DNA from: Guillardia theta CCMP2712
Lineage: Eukaryota; Protista; Cryptophyta
DNA: 64,000 bases
Direction of reading: 5' to 3'
Assembly: GCF_000315625.1 (NCBI RefSeq)
Contig: NW_005434651.1
Location: 416,045-480,044 of the forward strand
The notes below the pieces were generated by a model. The model saw only the letters and a program-made list of their open reading frames with translations, made no database searches and was not told where the DNA came from. Positions 13,181 through 24,674 of the stretch are shown here, one piece after another. Position 1 is the stretch's first letter. Every line of letters starts with the position of its first letter. Position numbers and translations under genes: made by a program.

Positions 13181-14199
13181 ATTTCGGTTCTGTGACGAGA
13201 GATGTGGACCCCAGGTCATTTTATCGTCGTATGGTGTGAGTGCGGTGTAAGAGACGAAATGGAAGTCCTAAGTCTCTTCAACAGCCTATACCAATAAAAT
13301 AAGATAAATAATTTCAATAGAAAAATTGATTAATTAACTAAAAAGCTATTACAATCCAAGGAATTCTCAATTCTCTGTGTTGATAATTTTAAGTACCCAC
13401 CCTGTATATAACCTATCGGATTCGTCATTTTTGGGGGGTTGAGATCCAAATCCTCTGGGGTGGGTGACTGGAACAAGCGAGGGTGGAGGTCGTTGATGGT
13501 CGGTAGGTGGGTCCAACTCATAAGGAATGTGGTGAGATGGGGGGGTGGGAGAAAACCAGGGGGTCAATCGTCCCAAGTAGGCTCGGGTGGGGTAGCCATT
13601 GGAAATAAGGGGTAGGGTGTGATTTGGAATCGAGGCTTGGTTTAGATCAAGGGTGGGGTCATCAATTTGGGTGGTGGGGGTGAACAGCTTTTCAGTCTCA
13701 GATAAGACATGAGATTGGAATTCAGGGGGTAGGGGTTATCAATTGAGTAGAGGGGTAGGGGTTTGCATCATGGGTGGGGGTATACATGGGGTGATATTGC
13801 CAAGTTAGATGAGGGGGTGGTGTCCCATGAGGGTGGGGGGTTACTCGGTGACGGGTAGGCTGAAATGGGATCCGCAAAGGAGAGGGTGAGGGTGTGCATT
13901 TCCCGTGCATTTGACCTCAATAGGGGTGGGGTAGGTCATCTGAAGCCAGAAAGTGGTCATGAACCCTTTCTCATCTAACCTTTTGGGTATAAAAAGCAGG
14001 GGTGTCCGGATGTATTTTTGTTGATTGGGTGGTAGTCTTCAAATTAGTACCGGTACTTTCAGAACATTTGATCTCCAGAACTAGAGTCCAGTTTGAAGGG
14101 GGGTACATATGTGGAAGGGTGGGGTAGGGAAATGCTGGGGGGGTGGGAAATGTGACATCATTTCTCCCGGGGGAGGAGCAGAGCCTCACCGACCCCGCC

Positions 14200-15242
14200 A
14201 TGCTCAGAGCCATCCTTGTCGCCGCATGCGTTGCCTCCGCCTCCGCGTTCGCGCCTGCAGGTAGCTCCTCTCTCCTCTCACATGTACCAGCGATGGAAGA
14301 GTGTGCTCTTGTATCTTGTGTGTAACTTTTTGGGTCTGGGGGGTTCTTGGGATTTTATGGGGGAGCGGCTGTTGAGCCATGGAATGATTTCTTGGGGTGA
14401 TATGGGATGGGATTAGAAGACTTTTGGATAGGATTGCACCATGTAAAAGTCTACTGTCTTGTAGCCCTCATTTATGTGCGGTTTCATGAGCCTGCAAGGC
14501 CTCGCCACTTGTAATTGATGATTTGTGAAGTGGATGGAGGTTTTGGTGGCTGTTGTGCTTGTCGCCTTCAACGGAAAAGAGGACAGCCTTTCCTGATGCT
14601 CTTGCAGGCGGATTCGCTCCTGCTCTCCGATCTGGATTCCAGGGAACCGCTGTCTCTGCTACCTCCGCTCCTGGACGCATGACCGGCCCTCGCATGGCTG
14701 AGGCCTGGGTTCGCGTTGTTCCTTCCGATCAGGTTGCTGTGAACAGACAGGCTGACAACTTGGTGTCTGGAACTGGTGAGGATGAAGTGAAGGGAGTGAG
14801 ATGTGGGTCTGACGCAGCTTGCAGCCGTCCTCGTCGGAAGATACAGCAACGGAAAGGTCTGGGCCATCTCTGCCAAGAACTCCGCCACCGGAACTGAGAT
14901 GTTCGGAGGAAGAGTTGACGAGTCTGACCTCACCATCCGCGATCCCCAGTGGGGAACCAAGTACTCCCTCGTGAACGGAGAAGTTGTTGGAAAGTGGTGC
15001 CCCTCCCCCCCTGTTCTCGGCGCTCTCATCGGAGCTATTTTCCCCCCCACCGGCGTTTGGGTTCCCCAGGTCCGCGAGCAGGTAACGGAGGAGGCAGTGG
15101 GAGAGGAGGAGCGCTTCTGACATGGGAGCAGGGCGGATATGTTGAGGTTCTCCTTGATGTCAACGCTAAGGCCGAATTCGAGAAGAAGTACTGGAAGGGT
15201 ATCTTGGACGCTCAGGGCAAGGCTGACGGAGGATACTATTAA
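14200..15242 (+). CDS. Plastid-targeted Rieske-fold protein lacking the [2Fe-2S] ligands
   Basis: Leader MLRAILVAACVASASA-FAP; first intron 14261-14607; mature part WVRVV...KVWAISAKNSATG...TIRDPQWGTKYSLVNGEVVGKWCP follows the Rieske ferredoxin pattern. Confidence 0.75.
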
Positions 15243-15410
15243 ACATTTGATTTTTTAGCCTGGCGCTGCTGGGTATATAGCACGTCTTATTGTGATTTTT
15301 AACAAATAAAAAAAAGGCAAAATGTCCATGAGCAAATGGAAGACAAGTTTCAGGGAAAGTGCAGTCATAATAAAGAAAACCAGACGTGTTTGTTCCCTGT
15401 ATTCCTCTTC

Positions 15411-18308
15411 CTACTCTCCTTTTGTTTGTTCCTGCTGCTCATTCTCGTTCTCCTTACTCATTGTAACAGTGCAGTACTCCCTGCCCATTTCATGCTCATC
15501 CTCAAAGCATGTTAGTTCACGTGCTCTTGTCAGCTCTTCGGATTTCGCCGGAGAGGAGCGTCGCGCTGACGCCTGGGAGCCTGTCATGCATGCGGCGACT
15601 TCTCCTCTCCTCGTACCTGTCAAAAAATATGGTGGTATCCTCCTCTCCTGCGTAGCCGTCAGAGCAGCAGGCGGCCACAAGGCTGTAGGAAGGACCTGCC
15701 GCTTTCTTGGAGTCGGTGCCAGAGCTGCTGTTCCCCTGCTCCTGTCTCCCCGCCTTAGGCTCGTCCCAGTCCACCAGGTGAATGGATGGGATCTTTTCCT
15801 CCTGGTCACGACATCATCTCCGTCCTCGCTTCCTCCTCCTCCCTCCTCACTTGCAGCAGCTCCCCCAGGCCAACGGTAGCTTGCTCAAGGGCAGGATCCT
15901 CTTCGCCCCTTGCTTGACCTTCTCCTCCCCTTGGTTCACTTCCTTTCCTTGTGACTTATCCGCGTGCCCAAAGAGAAAGACGTCGATGTGCATGTCGGCA
16001 GAAAGAGCTTCTGCGAGTTTCGAGCTGGTAGACAAGAGAGACGTAAGCTTCAGTGTCTCCACCACTTCCTTGGCCTGGCACGACAAGCTCACTGGAAGTA
16101 GCTGTAGAGAGCAGAAACAGCGCAAGAGCACTGCACCAAGAAGGAAGCTTGGGAGAGGAAAGGAGAGGAGAGGAGGGGAGGGGAGGGAAGGTGTGTGGGG
16201 AAGGGAGTAAGGGAGGGAGACGTAATTAGACATCTAGACAGGAAACGAACAGAAACAAACAACACAGGACATTTTCTTGACCTGATTGACCCGCGCTCTG
16301 CTGTCAAGGAGCCAGACCTGGTCAAGCTGATGCTCACATTCTGCAAGACATTTGATTCGCTTCTCTTCTCACATGACCGACATCGGAGACGCAGCTCGTG
16401 CTCCCGAAGAAGCCGACATCATCTAACCATTGGAGGAGCCTCGCTTGCTGCGGTGTCAGTCAGCCTCGTCATTGCAAGGATGATCTCGTTCTCTCATCGC
16501 ACATCGCTAGATGACGGAGAGAAGCCAATGATGAAGACATTCGATGGTTTGTACTTGTCGACCAGAGCTTTGATCGCCTTTAGTGCTTTTGGGACCTGCA
16601 GAACACATCGACCATGAAGGTCACTATCCCCCTCGTTCCTCCCTCCTCCATAGCTGCATACGTACCAAACGCGCTTGTAATTTGCTTTCCTGCTCTTTCC
16701 TTACACCTTGTGCCACCTCATAAACAATTCCTTCCAGCTCTATCCCCAGTCTCTCCTTCTTCCACTTGTCGCTTTCGTGCAATCTGCCCGTCAGCATGCG
16801 AGGTAGCAAGAAACTTTACCTGCTGCTCTCGCTGATCAGTTTCTGTCTGTCAGGTAAAGTCCAATCGATCTTTCTGCACAGGAAGCGGCTCTCCTAAGGT
16901 AGCAAGTCATCATGAAGTATCGTCATGCTCGAGCGTTACCAACGAGCGCCAGCACTGAAGGCAGAGGGACCACAATGACAATAAGAGACGAACAAAAGCT
17001 GCTGCTACAATGGCAGCGAATGTGTACATCAAGTTGTCCACAGTTGCCATTTGTGAGAAGTGAAGGAGAACTTTCGACAGACTTGTCGACGCCTCTACCT
17101 GGCAACAGGCAAATCTTCACAGAAGAAGGTAAAAGGTGAGACATACATTTCTCTCTGCTTTCGCTTTTTCCTTGGCTTCCTCTGACTTCTCTCCGGCAGG
17201 GTCTTGGGTTTCCTCCTGAATTATCGCCTCCTCCACCTCTTCGTCTGGAGGAAAGACGTGCTGGCTTCCCGTAGGAATGAACGTGGCGATGATTTGTTGC
17301 GTCGGATTGTTTCCGCACCATTCAAAGTAGTCCTTTGCTCTTGCAAGGCACTTACCCTCCACTTCTCCAACCTGCATGGTGGAATACTTGCAGGATAGGG
17401 TGAGGTCTTGGCAGCAAGAGCTAGAGGAACGACTCACCGCTATGTTGGAATCGTCTCTCAGACCATTAAAATCCGGATGGCGCACACAGCCTGTTCATCG
17501 AACAAGCATCAGAGTTCCTTCACATCTGCATGACCCTTACCGTCTAGGAAGTTGATGAAACATTGTCCGTTGCCCTGCAATCCAATCCAAGATCATTCAG
17601 TCCGGTGACCAGGAATTCAAATTCCAAGACCAAGGGATAATAGACTTTTCTTATGAGAGGATTCTACTCCTTTCCCACCTGCTCCTGCTCCTGCACTTAC
17701 CCCTGCTCCTTCTCTTGCTCCTTCTCTCTCCTTCTTCTGCTCCTGCTGATTCTCCTGCTCCTTCTCCTACTCCTGCTCGTGGTCAAAGTTGAGTGGTTCT
17801 CTTGCTTATCCTCTCGTGATTGCAGACTCTGAATGTCTTTGCTCCTACCATCCATGTACGTGACAGTTGTCACATTTTACGCGTTCACACAGCCTTTTAC
17901 ACGTTCCCTGTAGCAGCATTCACACTATCCCTGAAACACAAGACGATGACCAACTGGTAAACTAACGGAGATCCTCGAAATGAACAAAGGGGCAGTATTG
18001 GTGTGAGATAATCCCATAAAGATGACTCTACATGTTGATGATTCAGCTGAATTCTGCCGATGGACTGTCATTTTTTGTCCTGCTTTCCTCACTGCCCGCC
18101 CTTCGTATCAACCAAATTGTTCTCAACAACTTTTTCCGCCTTATAGAGTATGTCCTTCTCCTTCATGCCTCAATCTCCTCTCCCTTCCCCTCCCCTTCCC
18201 CTCTCCCTCCATCGATGCACCCTCCTCTTCCTCCTTCACCTTCACAGCAACGATGAACATCGCTCCCAGCATCCACGTCGCCAACCATCCCCTGCTGATC
18301 CCCGACAT
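15411..18308 (-). CDS. Multi-exon protein: signal peptide, Cys-rich region, hydrophobic segment, degenerate HAD-like domain
   Basis: ATG 18308 MSGISRGWLATWMLGAMFIVAV; Cys module CFINFLDGCVRHP...CLARAKDYFEWCGN; later LGIELEGIV and VPKALKAIKALVDKYKPSNVFII. Confidence 0.5.
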
Positions 18309-18354
18309 CTTCCCCGACCGGCGAGGAACTGAAGCGGGCTTGCCGCAAGTGAAA

Positions 18355-18955
18355 CTTTTCTCACTCGGCCCGCCGGGCCGGGCCCCGGCCCCGGCGGCCC
18401 CGCCGGGAGGTCCTCAGGCACTGAGTCCGAGGCCCGGCGGCCTTGCCCGGGCCGGGCAGTCCGATCACTGTCACGGCAGCCGGGCCCTCGTCGTCGGAGG
18501 CTCGAGCCGGGCCGGGTCCGCTGAACGTTCGCGGTGTACGGTCACGGACTCGGTGGCCCTGAGTGACCCGGCGACCGTAGGCTGAGGCCCACTGAGTCGG
18601 TTTCAGTCACTTGTTGAACGTGACGGTCGGCCGGGGCCGCCCCCGGCGGGCCACCCGCCGTGCCGGCCGCCTGGCGCTGCCCGGGAGTCCAGCTCAGCCC
18701 GGCCCGGGCCCTCAGCAGGCCGCCGGCCCGGCCGCAGCCTCAGTGACCGGCCGGGCGGCCGGGCGGCCCTCTGAGTCACTGAGTCACCCGCTGAGGGCCC
18801 GATCCGACTGTGTACGACGGTCACAGTGAGGGACCGTACAGTAAAGCACCGTGGCGGCGCGGCGCGGCGCTGCGGCTTGAGGCGAGTCCGGCACTGCGGC
18901 AGTGCCGCGCCGCACCTGACCGCCGGACTGAGCCTAGTACGGTATTGCAAGCCTC
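18355..18955. repeat. GC-rich palindrome island C
   Basis: Hairpin CGGCACTGC-G-GCAGTGCCG at 18889-18907; TGAGTCA at 18772 and 18780; many CCGG/GGCC words. Confidence 0.8.
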
Positions 18956-19204
18956 AGAATCAGGTTCAGGCTTCTAGCAGCGGCTTTAATTAGAACACTA
19001 CTTATCACTACTCGAATACACACAAAAACTCGAAAGGCTGAAGCATGGCGAGGCTTCAACGCCACAAGTTACAAGTTTGCCCGAACCGTCTGTTAAATTA
19101 CGGTAGTACCGTACAAGCACTGGACCGTTGAACCACCAGCTCGAATGGCCCACTCTAGTTGCATGACTCATCAGAATGCTGACAAGCTCCTATTTTTGAA
19201 CTCC

Positions 19205-19795
19205 TCAACTCGACAGCACATGATCTAGCGCTTCGTCGAAAAGATCGTGCTGCTCTCTGCTGTGCGTTGGCGACCAGTATCCCGAGCTCTCCTTGCTGGG
19301 TGAGTAAGGCCTCGCCTCGCTTGTATTGACTAGGCTCTCGATCGGCAAGAGACAGACGGGCTTCCGCCTCGCCACGCCCTCCGTCTCTCCTTCCTCCTGC
19401 CCTGAGACCTCCTCAGGCTCCTCAGAGGTCGAGTCTTCCTCACTGCCTGCCCGCCTCCCCTGTGCCAAGGACGCCTGCCGCTCTGTGCTAGCGCCTTGCT
19501 TTCGGAGGTACGGCCATCGATGGATGCCTACGCGTCTGCAAGCGCTCTTGAACGCCGTCAGCGATAGCCCCTGGGCACCTCAAGGTCAGCGGACGACCCA
19601 TGTCAGTCACATCGGCAAGCTTACAAATGTCTTGGCGGCGTCGACTTGCTTCATGTCGACAAGCTTGGAGATAGACTCCAAGGTGAGGGCGACGCGATCG
19701 GATCCGCGCTGGGCTTCTCCATGTTTCTTGCGGGGGTAGACGTAGGTGCGATGCGGGAGGGAGGGAAGGGGATGACGGGGAGGGGAGGGGGTCAT
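19205..19795 (-). CDS. RWP-RK domain transcription factor, copy 1
   Basis: YPRKK...LTLESISKLVDMKQVDAAKTF, intron 19571-19624, then GLSLTAFKSACRRVGIHRWPYLRK. Confidence 0.85.
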
Positions 19796-20579
19796 GGCTG
19801 GGTGTGGATCCAGAAGGCGGAGGAAGCTTTGAGGGGCAGTGGGGGAGGGTTATCGAGGAAGTTCTATTGAGGCCTTGGAGGGTAGATTAGCGAGGATGAA
19901 AGAAGAAAGAGCCAGTGAGAAAGAGGTCAGCAAGGATACAGGATTGCTGAGGGATAGGAGAGGTGAACTAGGGATGGATGACCAGCTTCGCCAAGGGAAG
20001 TCGTGAAGATTGCAGGAAAGGCTCTCTAGGGATCAACACAATTCAGGGACGTGGTGTGGATGGACGGGAGGACGGGGTCTTAAGAAGAGGAGGAAGGGGC
20101 GGGGGTGTGAGGGGGTCACCAAGGGAGCTAAACAGTAATTGGATAGCCCTCCAAACTTGCTTACACCAAGGTAACGTGATGTCCTTGAAAACAACACCGT
20201 ATCGCGAAGGGTTGCTTTCTTCGCCCCTGGAGTCCAAAAACACTTTTAGTCCGCTATGTCCCTTTCTCACCGAGCACCCTCCATGAGGCTAGAAAGTGTC
20301 AGGTGGCAGGATAGGCATTTTCTCATTAATTGCACTTATAGAAAACAATCTATACAATGGTATCTTGAATCCTTCGTTGATTTCGCTGACTGGCTGGCTT
20401 GTGGCAGGTTCAGAAGCGCCCGGGCCGGCGATCGGATCAGCCGCAACGTGATACATTCCCGACGGGGTATACCGAGACCCTCCGATTGGCACGTCAACAC
20501 CTCTAAAAGTCGGCGCTCGTCAAAACATTTTAGTAAAAGACGGACGTCAGGTCACGGCACCAGTTGCCATTGAGTAAAC

Positions 20580-21005
20580 TTGGGCCACAGTCAGAGATCC
20601 GCCCGGCGCCCGCCAATCTGAATCGATCGGACGGCGACCGAACCCTCGGTCCGATCCGCCCGGCGGTCACCGTGGGTTGCTGTTGCCAAAGCCGCGCCGC
20701 ACTGCAATGCCTACAGTAACTTTGAGTAACTTAGTAAAGAGCGGTGGGCCGGCGGCCCCGTGTACGGTAGCCGGCGGTACTACGGTAGTAGGCTGCGCGG
20801 CCGCTCAGGCGGCTGGCCGCACAGGCCGCGCGCGCCGCGCCCGCGGCCGGCCCTCGACTTGCGCTCCGCCGGGGGGCTGCCAGACGGTGACGCAACTTGG
20901 ACTGTGTCTGCAGTGCCCGCAGTTGGCAGGATCAGTGGGTTTGGTTGTCGCTGTCTTTTGAGACGGTAAAGGAATCGGACGAATTCCGTACTGTAGTACG
21001 GTAAA
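20580..21005. repeat. GC-rich palindrome island D
   Basis: CGGTACTAC at 20775; hairpin CCGTACT-GT-AGTACGG at 20986-21001; CGCG/GGCC runs. Confidence 0.75.
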
Positions 21006-21046
21006 AAGCTTGATGGCTCATGGAAGAGAAAATTGATTTTGATTTT

Positions 21047-21634
21047 CTACAAGATATAAACAAAGCGAATGGACCAGTATCTCGACAGCACATGATCTAG
21101 CGCTTCGTCGAAAAGATCGTGCTGCTCTCTGCTGTGCGTTGGCGACCAGTATCCCGAGCTCTCCTTGCTGGGTGAGTAAGGCCTCGCCTCGCTTGTATTG
21201 ACTAGGCTCTCGATCGGCAAGAGACAGACGGGCTTCCGCCTCGCCACGCCCTCCGTCTCTCCTTCCTCCTGCCCTGAGACCTCCTCAGGCTCCTCAGAGG
21301 TCGAGTCTCCCTCACTGCCTGCCCGCCTCCCCTGTGCCAAGGACGCCTGCCGCTCTGTGCTAGCGCCTTGCTTTCGGAGGTACGGCCATCGATGGATGCC
21401 TACGCGTCTGCAAGCGCTCTTGAACGCCGTCAGCGATAGCCCCTGGGCACCTCAAGGTCAGCGGACGACCCATGTCAGTCACATCAGCAAGCTTACAAAT
21501 GTCTTGGCGGCGTCGACTTGCTTCATGTCGACAAGCTTGGAGATAGACTCCAAGGTGAGGGCGACGCGATCGGATCCGCGCTGGGCTTCTCCATGTTTCT
21601 TGCGGGGGTAGACGTAGGTGCGATGCGGGAGGGA
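21047..21634 (-). CDS. RWP-RK domain transcription factor, copy 2 (near-identical to copy 1; start codon not found, possibly a pseudogene)
   Basis: 21081-21634 matches 19209-19762 at an offset of 1872 bp; C-terminal tail and 5' flank differ. Confidence 0.75.
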
Positions 21635-22773
21635 TGCGGAGGGAGCTTGGAGGAGCACAGATAAAGAGAGAAAGAAGGATTGGATTGAGAGAGGGAATTT
21701 TACAAGACAAAGAGGCCAGGAGTTGTTTCAAACGATGAACAGATCAAATTTGTATCTCTTGAAATTTGGTTGGTTGCTTGATCAGATTGTGGGCTTCCAC
21801 TGCGGTTCGCTGCCAGGGGAGCGAGCATGTGGTGCTGGACACCAAGTAGTAAGAGTGCTGTAATTTTACACGAAGTATCAAAAACAGTTTTATGCCTCCT
21901 TGTAAAACGATTTTTCGATTACGGTCCTCCGAGAATAACGACTTTTTATGAGGAGTTTTGTTTTCGGATACCCAACCTTCTGGCCTTCATATGAACGCAA
22001 CGATTCAGACGATTTGCTGACATCACTCGCAGGGTAGGTGGGTGGCCTAGGAAGGTAGGAGAACCTGATAAGAGCAATTGCCGACCTACTTCACTGTTGA
22101 GTAAAGAAAAACTTTCTGCCCGAATCTCCATTTTCAGAAGGGTAGGTGGGGTTCCCAGGGGCAAGGGTCGGGGTTCTTCTTAATGGTCTGGAGGGTGGGG
22201 GCTCTGGTGTATTTTCGATTCAACTGGCTAAAATGGGTGGGGGTAGGGTGAGTCATGGGAAACCGAGATACATGCTCGCCTCGGGCATGCAGAAGAAGAA
22301 CTCACAGCCCCACCCCTCCCTCCCCCTTTGGATGTAGGACTAACTACCCCACCAGTCATGAACATTCCAAAAGGGTCCTTCGAGAGCAACCTCGACAGGA
22401 GCCAGGGAGGTAGAGGGGTGGTTTTCCCTTGCAAATCCAGGGTATCAAATCAAATAAAAACAAAAATTTAAAAATGGCAAATCAAAGGAGTCATGGCAAT
22501 CCACCCTACCCCCGAGGTAAGAGATGCACCGAGAGCAACTACCCCCTATAATTAGCCGTTCGCGTTCAGAAACAGTACCCCCACCCCACCGTCATCGCTG
22601 ATATACAACCTCCCTCTGGCCTTTTTTCTTAGACCGGCTACGACCTCGTCAGAGCCACCCCCTTATTGATTTTATGGGGTTACCAATTGACCACCCTACC
22701 CTCCAATATCCATTCTATTTTTATTTTTCACGACGAGCAATCCTCTCAGATCTGCCCGCCACTCCTCCTGGCC

Positions 22774-23531
22774 ATGCTGGCCCCTCGCCTCGCGCATGTG
22801 TTCCCTCGAAAGAAGCGGGGAGAGAGCAGGAGGTTCCAGGATCATGTCTCAATCAGCTTAGAAGATATCATGCAACTATCCCACTTGCGTCAGGCTGACG
22901 CAGCTCGTACAATGGTGAGTGATCTACCAGGTCCAGTTGCATATGACGATGTGTGCAAAAGAAGTTGGTACACTGCAAGAGGTTGTGATGGAAGATAGAT
23001 GAATCGTTGCACCTCTGTCATGAAGTTTTTATGTTTCACTCTTATCTGTTCTTTTGCTCGTAGAATAACTTTGACGTTTACGTGTAGGGAATATCATTGA
23101 CAGCATTCAAAAGTGCATGCCGACAGCTAGGATTGACTCGATGGCCATATTCCAGACAGGCAGAGGGTCAATCAAATCAAGAAACTCATCAACGACTGGT
23201 ACCCTGGAGCAACTTTGAGGGCAGTGTTACATCTGTTCATCGAGATCAAAGATCTGCAGAACAACAGTTGTCCTCTTCAGATGACAACGACGAATCTGCT
23301 GAAGCATCGGATCAGGACTCAACCAGCCTCGAACTTCAAAGCACAACATCCCCGACTGCAGAGTATCATGAATTCCTGACACTGTTTGACGAAGCGCTGC
23401 TACATGTGCAGGGTTTTTCTCACAATGGTTTTCAACGTGTCCACAACATCGGTCATTGTCACAATGCTTTGCGAACGTACACAACCACGAATAGCAGACA
23501 CCTGTCACAAAAGGAAACCCAATCTTCATGA
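22774..23531 (+). CDS. RWP-RK domain transcription factor
   Basis: VFPRKK...ISLEDIMQLSHLRQADAARTM, intron about 22915-23087, then GISLTAFKSACRQLGLTRWPYSR. Confidence 0.85.
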
Positions 23532-24674
23532 AGTGCAGTCATTATCTCTTTATCAAAAGTATTCGGCTGAAAAACGTGACGCTATTCTCTGGGAACTCCT
23601 CTTCTCTTCTTTTTCTTCTCTTTGCAACCGTCTTATTCGATAACGGTCAAAATTCTGATGTTTTAGAGATACTTCAAGAGTTGTACGACTTTTCTGAATT
23701 TGTTAATACAAATGAAAACATATGAAGCAGGCTTTGTTTGTGTTTCAAATCTTTGATTTTGTTCGTGCTTATTTGGTATATTAACGCATCAGCCTGAATT
23801 ACACATGTTGTCCAGCAAATCCGGATTAGATTAATGAGTGTATCCTTGAGTTTTTACCGAATCATGATAGAGATTTTATGAGAGACATAGATCACTGGGT
23901 GCTGTGTGTAGATGTAGGTTCCTGCATACCTTGCTTCATCAAGGTTCCCACTGGGAGAAGGACATGGGCGTCGCAAGGTACCGGAGTAGTGGCTTCGAAA
24001 GACAGTCTTTTCAACGGTTGTAAAGGTGGGGTGGTTTTACCCTGTAAACCAGGGTACAACAGGCTCTGGCCCTTATGAAAGGGCCATAAGCGCCTTGAGA
24101 TCAATGTTTACATTATTTTAAGTCAGCATTTCCAAACGATTCATGTTGTTGCTCTTATCTTGCTATAACTAAATTTTATCCATTTTTTGGGATATTCTTT
24201 TTATCTCATGGGGGTCAACAAAATAAGGCGGATAAGAGGGGGATGATTCGTTGTGCGGTACATTCCTTGACCACGGGAGCGCTAGCGCAGTCAAGCGAAT
24301 GTGTTACAGAGTCCAGGGGAGGAACCGGTAGAAATAGTTGCAAGGTTGGTCGGAAGGAGATGAGTTGGAGGAGAGAAGCTGGTAGAAGGAGGATACAGCC
24401 GGCGAACTCATTGTGGGGAGAGAAAAGAAATCCTTTTGAACGACGAGGGTCAATCGTAGTAGAACGACACTGATTTCCAAAGCGAGACCTCCGTCTTTGA
24501 CTTGCAATCTAATGAAACTTCTGTAAAAAAAAAAGTAAATTCAGGGATGTGATGACGAGTTGCCAGGACAATCAACTTACCCAACAAAGTCAGACCGTGC
24601 GGAATCTTCATGTCCAGATTCAGATGACAGGTAACCAAAGTTGAAGGCGAGGGGACACAGCCTCGAATTGGATG

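Noticed and set aside
17676-17780. (CTCCTG/CTCCTT)n tracts, also at 43735-43835 and 63380-63435
   Set aside because: They are ordinary low-complexity intronic repeats.
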